A DNA stretch of 64,000 nucleotides from Minisyncoccota bacterium (GCA_041917695.1 JAYRXE010000037.1:434582-498581), one strand, 5' to 3'. Counted from the first letter of the stretch, positions 20,932 to 31,128 are shown. Notes: generated by a model not told the origin, from the sequence alone. Numbers and translations: made by a program.

Positions 20932-23900
20932 CTAGGAGCCCGCCAAAAGGTCTTCCTCAAAGGCCCGGATGCCGTTCATATCCTTGGCGTATCGGGAAAT
21001 ATCCGGGAAATCGAGCGCCATGATTCTTCTATAGACCGCGGCGATAAGCCGTTCCATCCGCTCGGTTTCCGCCGGTTCTATCACGACGGGCAGGCGGCGG
21101 CTATCCTCAGCGGCCTCCACGAATTCGAGACAGCCCTCCCGCACCGGCCCTTTTCCCATAAACTCGCGCGAATGTTCGATGAGGAGCTTGTAAAAGACGA
21201 TTTGCCCGCGGTATTTCCATGCCTTCACCTTCTCATACGGATCGGCGGGATCCCACCGGCGCAACGGCTTCCCGGTTTTCCAATCCCGCACCGCAATGCC
21301 TGCCGGCGAGAACGCTATGTGGTCTACCTTTCCCGAAATCGGAATGCCATTCACGATCACTCCTTGCCGCTTGAAATTGAACTCCACGAAATCCCCGGGA
21401 GAAAAACTTTCCCGCACGCTTTCGTAAAACGGCGGGAGCATGCGTTCTCCGCGAAGCCGCATATGCTCGAAATCCCTTTCGCTGAGGCGCTCCCGCCGCA
21501 GGAATTCGGTGAAGAGCCTGACCACCGCATCGGCATCGGGAGCGGCGCCATTTTTTTTCATGCTATCGTGGGCGCGCTGAAGCGCCTGATGCACCGCCGA
21601 GCCGTACGATCCGCTCGCCGTCTTCGGCTCCGGAAAACGCAGCAAATTCTTTTCAAAGAAAGCGAGCGGGCCTCCGTCGCGCACATCAAGAAAATTATGG
21701 AGATGAGTAACGTTCAGCTGATACTCTTCAAGAAATGGGGCGAGAAGCGCCTGCTCGTCGGGCATAAATGGCCCTGCGCGGCGAGCCTCCCATTCGCGGT
21801 TGAGTATCTTCTCCGCCTCGCCGGCAAAATCCTGAAGCGGCAGGAATTCCGGCTTGAAATGATCCACGCCTTCGCGAGGCGTGAGAAAGCTAAGGCGAAG
21901 GGATTCCCTTCCCCGCGAATCCGCCCGATACGACGTAAGATAGAGATGTTTCCTCGCGCGAGTCATTGCGACATAGAAAAGCCTGATTTCGTCATCCATC
22001 GAATCCTCCGAAGGCGCAATCGGCAGATTTGAAGGCATCGGGAATCGCCTTCCTGCCCGCGAATTCGCCCAAACGTCTTCCTGGCAGTTGAGGACGAATA
22101 CCGTATCGAACTCGAGTCCTTTGGACTTGTGGGCGGTCAGAAACTGCACGGCGGCGGGCGCATTCATGAACGGACTTGCGTTGTGAATGGGTATCTGGTT
22201 TTTCTCGTAGAGCTCGATGAATTCAACGGCGTCTCGGACCTTCAAAGGCCTCCCTCGCCGATATTCGCGAAGCGCATCTATGAACGACTGCAGTGAGGAA
22301 AGGAATTGGATGTAGTCCGCTCGCTTCCCGTGAAAGCGCTCACGGCTGAAATAATACGACCGGAAGGGGCTGAACATGTCGCTTCGGACAAACGTGTCGC
22401 CATCGCCGTCCTCGTCAGAAAATATCCTCTGCGGGCCTCCGACGAGTTCGTGCAGTATCTCCTCTGCGGTCTCATATTGCGCCCGCCCGCCCAATTCGAT
22501 GAAAAAATCTGCGATTGCCGAAGCCTTCCCGCCTGCGCGCTCCATCGCCAAAAGCCACGACGAACTTGATGCCGAGAGCGATATTTCCCATACCGCCTTC
22601 CGATCAAGCCCCCAAAACGGATAGTGAAGGATTTCCGCAAGGTACGCGTCTTCTTCTCCTTTTCGCGAAGCGAGCGAATCAACAAAACGCATCATCGTAA
22701 CCAGTTGGCGCACGTGAGGCTCATGGAGCACGTTCCGCTGGCGCTCATACGAAACAGGAACCTCTGCTGCATGGAAATGCGGCACCAGCGCCTCAAGATC
22801 CCGATGCCGGCGGCCGATCACGGCAATCTTACCCGCCGGAGTTCCGCCTTCAATCAGGCGCTTCGCCTCTGCGGCGAGCCAATGATATTGCGTTTCCTCA
22901 GAAGGGAATTCTCGCGCGCGAATCTCGTCGAGTGCACCTTCCCCTGCAGCCGAACTCAATTCCTTCCGGAGTTCCGGCAACAGCCTTTGCAATTGGAGGG
23001 ATCCTCGCTGGATTACCGAACGGGCGGCGTCCAGAAGCCGCTGAGAAGAGCGGTAGCTTTGGGAGAGCACGATGAGCTTCGGGTCGCGATAACGCTCTGC
23101 GAAACTTACGATGTTCGAAATCTCAGCTCCTTGGAATTTATAGATCGCCTGGTCGTCGTCTCCCACCACCATGATATTCGGCCTGCCTTCATTCACGGGA
23201 TTTTCGGTGAGGAGCGCAAGGAGGCGCATTTGGGCTTCGTTCGTATCCTGAAATTCGTCGACAAGGACATAGTGATAGCGCTCCTGGAGATCGAGGCGCG
23301 CACCAGGGTTTTTCACGAGTGTTGAGATCGTATCGAGAATCATGTCGTCATAGTCGTAGTACTCCTCTTTGCGCATGTTTTCCGCATAGGCGCCGTACAC
23401 GCGCGAAAGCGACTCCATCTTCGGGAGATGCACGAGCTCGCGCACTCTCGTTTGCCCCGCATCGTCTTTCGCGGTATGCCGCCGCTTCCACTCCGTAAGC
23501 GGCTTCATCGTCTCTGACGCTTCCGCATCCAAAAGCGCCTCGGTAAGCGAACGTGCGAGCGCCTCGGGAAGAGGAAGGAAAGGCTCCGGCAAGGAAGCCG
23601 CCTGAAGCGCACGCAAGGCTTCGACCGCTTCGTGGGCCTTTCCGTACGAAGATTTCGATATCCGAGACGCAAACGCTTCGGATACGATTGCGTCTATCTC
23701 CGGCAAGAGCCGCCGGCTTTCCTCGACGATGCCGCGGAGATCACCCGGCGATATGCCGGCCTTTTTCATATGGCCTATCGCCTCGCGCACTTTATTCAAA
23801 TACGTAAACTGGCCGTTCAGCTCGGCGCGAAGCGGATCGCCATGTTCCAACCCGCTCATAATCGCCTCCAGGACCGTTATTTGAGTGAGTTCGTCGGCGG

Positions 23901-24246
23901 GAGAAAGAAAGGCGCCATTGTAAAAATGCTCGGGGTACCGCCCGATGATTTCCACGCCAAAACTATGGAACGTGTGGATGGAAACTCGATACGCGTCACG
24001 GCCGATGAGTTCCGCAAGCCGCCGGCGCATATTGAAAGCGGCGGCGTCGGTAAAGGTAAGGCACAGTATGTTGCCCGGAGAAACGTCCGCGCTCGCAAGG
24101 ATATTCCCCACCCTCAGCGCCAAAAGCTCGGTTTTCCCCGACCCCGGGCCCGCAATCACCATGACCGGCCCTTCAAGCGCATCCACCGCCTGTTTCTGGG
24201 CGGCATTCAGCTGCTCATATCGTTCCGCAAAACGCTTTGGATCCAT
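20932..24246 (-). CDS. UvrD/PcrA-type SF1 helicase fused to C-terminal PD-(D/E)xK nuclease
   Basis: AGPGSGKT, VDEFQD, GDDDQAIY.F.GA, H.SKGLEF, RLFYVAMTRA; G.VD....DWKTG...Q..FY. Confidence 0.92.
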   Translation of the reverse strand: MDPKRFAERYEQLNAAQKQAVDALEGPVMVIAGPGSGKTELLALRVGNILASADVSPGNILCLTFTDAAAFNMRRRLAELIGRDAYRVSIHTFHSFGVEIIGRYPEHFYNGAFLSPADELTQITVLEAIMSGLEHGDPLRAELNGQFTYLNKVREAIGHMKKAGISPGDLRGIVEESRRLLPEIDAIVSEAFASRISKSSYGKAHEAVEALRALQAASLPEPFLPLPEALARSLTEALLDAEASETMKPLTEWKRRHTAKDDAGQTRVRELVHLPKMESLSRVYGAYAENMRKEEYYDYDDMILDTISTLVKNPGARLDLQERYHYVLVDEFQDTNEAQMRLLALLTENPVNEGRPNIMVVGDDDQAIYKFQGAEISNIVSFAERYRDPKLIVLSQSYRSSQRLLDAARSVIQRGSLQLQRLLPELRKELSSAAGEGALDEIRAREFPSEETQYHWLAAEAKRLIEGGTPAGKIAVIGRRHRDLEALVPHFHAAEVPVSYERQRNVLHEPHVRQLVTMMRFVDSLASRKGEEDAYLAEILHYPFWGLDRKAVWEISLSASSSSWLLAMERAGGKASAIADFFIELGGRAQYETAEEILHELVGGPQRIFSDEDGDGDTFVRSDMFSPFRSYYFSRERFHGKRADYIQFLSSLQSFIDALREYRRGRPLKVRDAVEFIELYEKNQIPIHNASPFMNAPAAVQFLTAHKSKGLEFDTVFVLNCQEDVWANSRAGRRFPMPSNLPIAPSEDSMDDEIRLFYVAMTRARKHLYLTSYRADSRGRESLRLSFLTPREGVDHFKPEFLPLQDFAGEAEKILNREWEARRAGPFMPDEQALLAPFLEEYQLNVTHLHNFLDVRDGGPLAFFEKNLLRFPEPKTASGSYGSAVHQALQRAHDSMKKNGAAPDADAVVRLFTEFLRRERLSERDFEHMRLRGERMLPPFYESVRESFSPGDFVEFNFKRQGVIVNGIPISGKVDHIAFSPAGIAVRDWKTGKPLRRWDPADPYEKVKAWKYRGQIVFYKLLIEHSREFMGKGPVREGCLEFVEAAEDSRRLPVVIEPAETERMERLIAAVYRRIMALDFPDISRYAKDMNGIRAFEEDLLAGS

Positions 24247-24280
24247 GTGAGGTTAGTGTACCTTTTTGCCCCCTCTAAAC

Positions 24281-24313
24281 AAAACTCCCTCCGTTTTCAC
24301 GAAGGGAGCTTTT
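24281..24313 (-). terminator. Terminator of small basic ORF
   Basis: CTCCCTTCG-TGAAAA-CGGAGGGAG followed by TTTTGTTT. Confidence 0.7.
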
Positions 24314-24318
24314 CCAGC

Positions 24319-24399
24319 TTAACCGCGGAAGCGAAGAGAGACCTTCCTCCCCTCCTTTTTCCGGTGCTTCTTTTTGGCAACTTTGCGCTTCTTGTTCAT
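24319..24399 (-). CDS. 26-aa basic protein resembling ribosomal protein bS22/mS38 (AURKAIP1/COX24 domain); not in ORF track
   Basis: MNKKRKVAKKKHRKKEGRKVSLRFRG; own promoter TTGATT-17-TATAGT and terminator. Confidence 0.6.
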   Translation of the reverse strand: MNKKRKVAKKKHRKKEGRKVSLRFRG

Positions 24400-24444
24400 A
24401 TGAGCCCTCACTATAGCCGAAGCGGGCCTCTGAATCAACGGGCG

Positions 24445-25404
24445 CTAGAGAAGAGCCTTCTCTTTCAATACGGCCCTCACTCCCTTCGCGGAAGCCGTCC
24501 GCATAAGCTCCGCCCGAACCTCGGCGGCGCCTTCAAAGCCCGCCACATAGGCCTTAAAGTGCTTTTTCATCACATCAAAACCCTTATGCCCCTTAAACGT
24601 CTTTTCGAATAGTTCAACGTGCTTTATGAGCACCCGAAAACGCTCTTTCCGCGAAACTTTTTTATTTGAAAACAACCAGGGGTTCCCGAAGATGGCTCGG
24701 CCGAGCATCGCGCCGTCAGCGCCGTATTCCTTCACCTTTGCTTTTGCGTCAGCACTATCCGCGAGGTCGCCGTTTCCGATGATGAGCGGGCGGACCCCGG
24801 AAAAGTATTTATCGCGGAGCTCCACCGCTTCCCGAATGTGGCTCCATCGCGCGGGAACCTTGGACATCTCGTTTCGCGTGCGGGCATGGATGACGACGGC
24901 GGCAGGCTCGCATTCAAAAATATACGGCAACCACTTTTCAAGCTCGGGACGCGCATAGCCGACGCGGGTTTTTACCGAAACCGGGAGTTTCCCCGCGCCA
25001 CGTTGCGTGGCGCGGATGACCTCTGAAGCGATGCGGGGCGTCTTTATAAGCGCCGCGCCCGCGCCCTGCCTCTCCACCTTTCGGTCGGGGCACCCCATAT
25101 TGATATCGATGCCCTGAAACCCAAGCTCGGCGCAGAGCTCCGCCGCTCGGCGCGCATGGTCGGGCTTCGACGTGAAAATCTGGGCGACAATGGGCCTTTC
25201 ACGGCGGGAGAATTTCAAATCAATGAGCAATTTCGCGCGCCCTTTTTCTGAACACAAGCCGTCTGCCGAAACGAACTCCGTATAAAAGACATCCGGCTTT
25301 CCGCAGGATGCGATGATTTCCCGGAAGGCATAGTCCGTCACATCCGCCATCGGGGCAAGCACCATGACCGGCTTCTTCAATTTTTCCCAAAAACCCAGAC
25401 GCAT
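24445..25404 (-). CDS. dusB: tRNA-dihydrouridine synthase
   Basis: LAPMADVTD, GIDINMGCP, VSVKTR.G, HAR, IGNGD, MLGRA..GNPW. Confidence 0.9.
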   Translation of the reverse strand: MRLGFWEKLKKPVMVLAPMADVTDYAFREIIASCGKPDVFYTEFVSADGLCSEKGRAKLLIDLKFSRRERPIVAQIFTSKPDHARRAAELCAELGFQGIDINMGCPDRKVERQGAGAALIKTPRIASEVIRATQRGAGKLPVSVKTRVGYARPELEKWLPYIFECEPAAVVIHARTRNEMSKVPARWSHIREAVELRDKYFSGVRPLIIGNGDLADSADAKAKVKEYGADGAMLGRAIFGNPWLFSNKKVSRKERFRVLIKHVELFEKTFKGHKGFDVMKKHFKAYVAGFEGAAEVRAELMRTASAKGVRAVLKEKALL

Positions 25405-25461
25405 ATTTACCCAGGATACCCCGCTTCAAGGGAAAATAAAAAGCCCCACAAGGGGCTTTCC

Positions 25462-25857
25462 TTAATAACGGCTGGTGTATGTCTTTTCTATCGGATCGTA
25501 CCAAATGGTCGAATCCTTTTCAGTAAGTATTTCAACCCAATAATCAAAAAAATCCTGAGCACACTTCTCGAAACCAAACACCTTCTTATGCTTCCAAATA
25601 TCCTTGCGGATGATTTCGACAAGAATAAGATTATTCTCCAGAAAATCTATGTCATGGAGGACAATGGTGTAGGTCGTATCGTTCCTTATCTCATATTGCT
25701 CGTCATCCCTACTGGTGAAAATGAGCACGTGCTCATCCGCTATAAATTTGCGCACCATGATTCGCTCGCCATCATCACCATTCCCCTGACTTGAGACGTG
25801 AACCGGAATACAGGCAAGGATGGCAATTACGAGGACGCAAAACGTCTTTATTTCCAT
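25462..25857 (-). CDS. Hypothetical secreted protein (AT-rich cassette)
   Basis: Signal peptide ending VSS-Q; AAGGGAG SD; TTGACC upstream; terminator 25441-25459. Confidence 0.65.
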   Translation of the reverse strand: MEIKTFCVLVIAILACIPVHVSSQGNGDDGERIMVRKFIADEHVLIFTSRDDEQYEIRNDTTYTIVLHDIDFLENNLILVEIIRKDIWKHKKVFGFEKCAQDFFDYWVEILTEKDSTIWYDPIEKTYTSRY

Positions 25858-25978
25858 TTTTGAACTCCCTTCAGAGTGTTAATTAGCTGAATAGAGCATG
25901 CAATTTAATCGGGAATAGGTCAATAAGCCATCAAAGCGCTCCACGGGAGCGCTTTGAGAAAAAACTATTGGGTAAATA

Positions 25979-27331
25979 TTAGGTGCCTCCGCCTTCCCGG
26001 CAAATGCCAGGTCCGCATACCCACTGCCAGCCGGACCACATCTCCTGCCACTGGCAGCACCGGCGCGTCTGGTCAGTCTGACCCCCTTCATTTCCCGACG
26101 GCGTTTCCCTTGTCGCCTTTTCCGCCGACGTCACGATTGAGAAGGCATTACTGATCGCCTTAACCGAAGGATTTGCAACTGACTGGACGACCACATGGTA
26201 CGGACCCGACGCAAGCGTCGAAGGAACCGTCACCCTGAAATCGCCGTCATTGAACGCTTTCCTCGAGAAAGAATAGATATTCTTCGTGAGATCGGATTCC
26301 GCTACGAGATAAATGGAAACATAGTCCGTTTCGCGCAAGGAACCTCCCGACGTAGCCTTCCAGACTACGGTTTGCTGGGAACCCTTCACCCACGCTGAAA
26401 CGATATTCGCGCTTCCGGGCTGAGTCACTTCCATACCGGAAGACTGTCCTCCCTTGAGCGTTCCCGTTCCACTACCGCCCTGAGCACCATTTCCAAGGCC
26501 GCCGCAACCGCAGTGTGAGCCGCCGTTGCACCACCAGTAGCCATACCCTTCAATCCATCTGCCGCACCCTGGACGATCCGGCTCGTTCCCCGTCAAATTC
26601 CGGTCGGAGATTTTTTCAACGCCAGCCAAGGCGCTCACCCTCCCGGTAATGCGGTCGATAACGATACCCCACGCCTTATCAATCATGCCAGGGGTTACGC
26701 TCACAATGCTGCTCGTAACGGTGCTGGTCGGCGGGACCGATACGTTTGAACCGACAGTGAACGAACTGCCATAGGCCCGCGCGTTCGGACGCGCATACGG
26801 TTCGATGGCAATCTGGTATTCGCCCGGATAAATGCTCTTCGAAACCGTCCACTTGTACACGCCCGTGTTCTTCACGATCGGCGAAACCGTCCACAACACG
26901 GTCTTCGTGGCGCTTGCGGGCGACACGAGATAGATCGAAACGAAGTTCGGACTCGCCTGCGCTCCCATCGAAGCGGAGTCGATCTCCCACTTCACCTCAT
27001 AGGTGTTCCCGGGAACGAGGTTCCCGCCCGTCGGCGCGGTGACGCGGATATACGTCGAGCTTTCGACCGCCGGCGCCTTCGTCGTGTTCGTGCCGGTCGT
27101 TCCGGATGCCGGGGTCTTTGTCGTACCCGTCGTCGTCGAACCAGCCGTATCGACCGATGCGGAATCGAACTTTTCGATAAGCGCCGCTACCGCGCGGCCC
27201 AAATCGGCGACAAGCGCCAAAACGTCGGCAAGCAGGTTCGATTCCGATGAACTGCTTACCTGTGCGGATGCGAAACTCACGCCCCCGAAAAGGACGATGA
27301 CCGCTCCCGCGATAACCAAGAATTTCTTCAT
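25979..27331 (-). CDS. Secreted Ser/Thr-rich protein with two Kre9/Ig-like domains and two Cys/Trp/Gly-rich modules
   Basis: Signal peptide ASA-Q; repeated V..P..G....V.W...VSIYLV...N.G....VP....G.Y...S..F.I units. Confidence 0.75.
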   Translation of the reverse strand: MKKFLVIAGAVIVLFGGVSFASAQVSSSSESNLLADVLALVADLGRAVAALIEKFDSASVDTAGSTTTGTTKTPASGTTGTNTTKAPAVESSTYIRVTAPTGGNLVPGNTYEVKWEIDSASMGAQASPNFVSIYLVSPASATKTVLWTVSPIVKNTGVYKWTVSKSIYPGEYQIAIEPYARPNARAYGSSFTVGSNVSVPPTSTVTSSIVSVTPGMIDKAWGIVIDRITGRVSALAGVEKISDRNLTGNEPDRPGCGRWIEGYGYWWCNGGSHCGCGGLGNGAQGGSGTGTLKGGQSSGMEVTQPGSANIVSAWVKGSQQTVVWKATSGGSLRETDYVSIYLVAESDLTKNIYSFSRKAFNDGDFRVTVPSTLASGPYHVVVQSVANPSVKAISNAFSIVTSAEKATRETPSGNEGGQTDQTRRCCQWQEMWSGWQWVCGPGICREGGGT

Positions 27332-27543
27332 ATATGTATGAATTTTATGACCTTTTTAGTGTCTTTTTGCGACTCTTACAGTATACCATACAGCCCTCGG
27401 GAGCCGCTCTAGCCTTAGAAAAAGCCCGTGTCACACCTATTGACAAGAGTCGTTATATATGCTAGTATTTCCTCAGCAAATAAATCTCTAAAATTATCAA
27501 TAACTAAAGGCCCTGAGGGGCTAAAGAAGAGGAGAATTAACAA

Positions 27544-28272
27544 ATGAAAAAGATCGCAGTTCTTGTAACCGTTCTTATGGTTTCACTTTCTTTTTTCACC
27601 GGTAACACCCAGTCGCAGTGGAAGTATGTTCAGTTTAAAGGATCTTTCTGGGGCTCAGTGCCTCAAAAAGACGCAAATGACAGCATATTCAACCCACTCA
27701 CTGAAAACAGGTACGGCGGCATGATGGAAGTTTCGCTTCTTAATAAGAAACAAACTTTCGGCGTAGGAATTTTCGGATATGCAAATAACGACCGTGGTAT
27801 CCTCGGCGCCAACATCATCTTCATGCCCAGCCAGAAATTTAAGTTAACGGTCGGCCCCGGCGCGGCCAAGAGCTTCAAAGGCTCTGAACGCGAATCAAAC
27901 CCGAAAGGATATGAATTCGCTGCCATTGGCAGTATGCGGGTATGGCTCAAACCCCTTGAGTTGTATGGCATAGGCGCCTTCAACACCGGTGGTATAAAGT
28001 TTGCACGCTTCACTGCAACAGTCAGGGTAGCCCCCTGGCTCAATATCGGAGGCCTTGTTGAGAAGGAGGAAGATATCTCTCCTTATATGGGCGGACTTGC
28101 AGAGGGTTTTTGGAAGATTTCCAAAAACGCCCAGATTCTCATATTTGGGTCAGTCGGTATGAAGAAAGTAACAACGAAAGAAACGGAAGATTCACCGGCG
28201 CAGGAAAAAAATATCATTCATTTCAACGTTGGCGGATCGGTTAAACTGACCACCATCGGAACGATATTTTAG
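27544..28272 (+). CDS. Secreted protein with outer-membrane beta-barrel-like pattern
   Basis: Signal peptide, alternating Gly/aromatic amphipathic strands, C-terminal Phe; promoter TTGACA-17-TAGTAT, AGGAG SD. Confidence 0.6.
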   Translation: MKKIAVLVTVLMVSLSFFTGNTQSQWKYVQFKGSFWGSVPQKDANDSIFNPLTENRYGGMMEVSLLNKKQTFGVGIFGYANNDRGILGANIIFMPSQKFKLTVGPGAAKSFKGSERESNPKGYEFAAIGSMRVWLKPLELYGIGAFNTGGIKFARFTATVRVAPWLNIGGLVEKEEDISPYMGGLAEGFWKISKNAQILIFGSVGMKKVTTKETEDSPAQEKNIIHFNVGGSVKLTTIGTIF

Positions 28273-28323
28273 GCTTTTGATTTCGAATCAACAAAAAACC
28301 CGCTCTTGAGCGGGTTTTCTTTT

Positions 28324-31125
28324 TTACTGCGCGCCTCCGGCGATCATCTGAAGCAGGTTCCGCATTGCCGGCGCGAGACGTCCGCTTCCCAGGTCGGAAA
28401 GCATATTCGAGACAAAGCGCTTCCGCAGGTATTTTTTCTCCGCCAGCCCGCCTTTCTTTTCAAAATACTTCGAGAGCAATTCCCCTATCGCCATATTCTT
28501 CTCAGCAATTCCGTCGATGGCCTTAAGCGAAAGCAAATCGCGGTAATTGATATACTCGCCCTCCAACATCTTCGAGGCTCCCGCTTCAAGTTCGGCGTTT
28601 TCCTTCGCGGTCGCCGCTGCGTATTTCTTATAGGCGCCGTTCAAAAACCTCTTTTCAAGAAACGCATCGAGCTTGTACTTCATGAATCCAGGTTTCGCGA
28701 AATAACTCAGGATGTCGAGCGCCTTGCCGACGGGACCGACGATCTCGTCCGCAAGGGCGGCGCGGAAAATGCGCGGGAGCTTGTCGGAGCCGAGCATCTC
28801 GAATTTCATCAGGGCGGGACGCTTGAATACCTCCTTTACCACCGCCATCTCCCTACCGGCTTTCCTGCCGTATGCGGCGGCGTTCATCATCACGAGGCGG
28901 CGGCGGAAACCATTTGCCGCCATGCTTCCCAGATACGCTTCGACGCCGTCTTTCGTCGCACCTTCCTCCTTTTCTTTCAATTCGCGGGTCTCTTTCTCGA
29001 GCGTCGCATTCAATTCGGCAAGCTTCCCGCGCCAATTTTCTCCGGACTTTTGGAGGTTTTCGTCGTACTTCAGGAAGTTTGCGAAAGATACCTGCTGGTT
29101 TTCCTTATACGAAACTCCCGCCTTTGAATAGGCCTTCCCGTACGCTTCCTCCGCTTCGAAAACGGCGGAAGCGTCGCGGATTTCTTTCCGTGAAAACATC
29201 TTTTCGATGTTCAATTTCTGAAGGAACGCATCGAGCGCGTCGCCGCCTGCGCGGGAAGCCGCTTCAAGTTCCTCGGCGCCCGCAAGATTCAAGACGCGCA
29301 CGGCGTTCAAACGCTCCGTGAAGGTGAGCGGCTCTTCCTTTTCCGGCGAAAGCGCTTCAGGCACCTTCTCATCCTCTGACGCTTCCGCTTTTTGGGCTTC
29401 TTTCTCGGTTCCTCCGCCGTCTTTCCCCTCGACGGTTTTTTCTCCGCCCTCCTTGTCTTTTACTTCTTCCGCAGGCGCGGCGGGGGTCGCTTCGGGTTGC
29501 GGCTTTTCCGGCGCGGACCCTTCGAGTTCGCGAATCTCATCCTCATACATCAAAATATCCTTCTCCAACGCATCCTTGCCGACAAAACCGGGAGTCTTGA
29601 AATTCTTTTCCGCTTCGGCAATCTTTGCGCGCAAGGCGCGAATCTTTTCAGCCTTTTCATCGGGCGTCGGCTCGCTCCGTTCTCCTTCCTTTTCCCAGGC
29701 GAGCGCTCCCCCGCGCTTTACGGCAAGCTCTGCCGCGGAAAGCATCACCTCCTCTTTTTTCTCTTCAGCGACGGGAGCGTCTTCATGTTTCGGCACAAAG
29801 ACATGCACGCCGGAAGAAACAGGCTCGCTTTCCTTTTGTGGCGCCTCTCCCGCCATCGCGATATCGGGAACATGGATATGGAGCGCGAGCGGCTCCTCCT
29901 CTCTCTTCTCCTCGCTTTCCTTTTTCTCGATCTCCTCGGGAATATCTATGGCTGACTCGTGAGTTTTAAATCCGGGGATGCGCTTTTCGAGATAATCTTC
30001 GACCGTCGCGCGAATGCCATGCGCTTCAGGCAACGCATTCACTACTTCGTAGACATTGAAAACGGCTCCGGGGGGCGGGCCTTTCTCGAGATAATGATTC
30101 AAAACGCCGATGGGATTCAAAATGTCGTTATAGGTATAGGTCTTCCCGTTTTCCTCGATGGCGTCTCCCCCTTCGCGCAGCTTGTTGTCGATAATGTTCC
30201 GCATGTCCTTCAACGAACCTATCTCCGGAATGCTCCATTCGGACGATTCGGCTGCTTTTTTGCGCTCCGCGATCTTTTCCTGAAGGGGTGTTCGTACTAC
30301 ATCCGCTACTTTCTTCTCAGCAGGCTTATCGCCTCCCCTTCGGCGTAGTTCGGCTTCAGCCTGAGCACGCATAGCTTGTGGCAAGCGACTCATGTCAAAC
30401 ACGCCCACGGGATTCTCGAGATAGCCCCTAAAGTCTGAAAGCGCCGACTTCTCCGCAGCTGAATATTTGCTCTCCTTCGTATAAATTCCCTCCATGCTTC
30501 CGACTGCCGGCGTGAGCGGAACCTCCGGAGGAACGGCATTCTTCTCGGGAGACTTCTTCAAAAACGAAGGCTTTAAAATATCGTCGGTCTTTTTCAATGC
30601 GCCGCGGATTGCGGAATCGGCGGGGCCTTTTTCCTTCTCCGGGAGCGCGGAAATGTCGGGGATGTCCGTTCCGGTCGGGTTCTCGACGAACCGACGCACG
30701 GCCTCTCGGGCGGATTCGGCATTCGCCTTCTCTATGAAGGCAGGTTTCTCCGGCGGGTTTTTCACTTCATCGTCAAAATTGAAATCAACCTGCTTCGGAG
30801 GCTTTTCACCTTTCGCCTCCCGTATCTTCATTTTCTCTATCTCAAGGCGTCCCCACGGAAGGGACTTGAAAAAATCTTCTTTCGGTTCCTCCGCCCGCTT
30901 TTTCAGCAACGCCATATCCGCGTTAAACGAGGCGATCTCTTCGCCGTTCCCCTCGCGCTTTACCGTCTCGATATTCGCGTCTATCTTAGCGAGGAGTTTT
31001 TTCTCCTCCGCCGTGAATAATTCGCCGAATACTTTGTCGTCCAACGACTCGGCATCATTCGCCGCGGTCTCCGCGAGCTGTTCTCCTATATTCTTCTTTT
31101 TTGTATCGGTGATTTCGTACTGCAT
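28324..31125 (-). CDS. Large Glu/Lys/Pro-rich hypothetical protein (933 aa)
   Basis: Long ORF co-oriented with upstream operon; low complexity, no signal peptide or TM seen. Confidence 0.75.
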   Translation of the reverse strand: MQYEITDTKKKNIGEQLAETAANDAESLDDKVFGELFTAEEKKLLAKIDANIETVKREGNGEEIASFNADMALLKKRAEEPKEDFFKSLPWGRLEIEKMKIREAKGEKPPKQVDFNFDDEVKNPPEKPAFIEKANAESAREAVRRFVENPTGTDIPDISALPEKEKGPADSAIRGALKKTDDILKPSFLKKSPEKNAVPPEVPLTPAVGSMEGIYTKESKYSAAEKSALSDFRGYLENPVGVFDMSRLPQAMRAQAEAELRRRGGDKPAEKKVADVVRTPLQEKIAERKKAAESSEWSIPEIGSLKDMRNIIDNKLREGGDAIEENGKTYTYNDILNPIGVLNHYLEKGPPPGAVFNVYEVVNALPEAHGIRATVEDYLEKRIPGFKTHESAIDIPEEIEKKESEEKREEEPLALHIHVPDIAMAGEAPQKESEPVSSGVHVFVPKHEDAPVAEEKKEEVMLSAAELAVKRGGALAWEKEGERSEPTPDEKAEKIRALRAKIAEAEKNFKTPGFVGKDALEKDILMYEDEIRELEGSAPEKPQPEATPAAPAEEVKDKEGGEKTVEGKDGGGTEKEAQKAEASEDEKVPEALSPEKEEPLTFTERLNAVRVLNLAGAEELEAASRAGGDALDAFLQKLNIEKMFSRKEIRDASAVFEAEEAYGKAYSKAGVSYKENQQVSFANFLKYDENLQKSGENWRGKLAELNATLEKETRELKEKEEGATKDGVEAYLGSMAANGFRRRLVMMNAAAYGRKAGREMAVVKEVFKRPALMKFEMLGSDKLPRIFRAALADEIVGPVGKALDILSYFAKPGFMKYKLDAFLEKRFLNGAYKKYAAATAKENAELEAGASKMLEGEYINYRDLLSLKAIDGIAEKNMAIGELLSKYFEKKGGLAEKKYLRKRFVSNMLSDLGSGRLAPAMRNLLQMIAGGAQ

Positions 31126-31128
31126 GGC

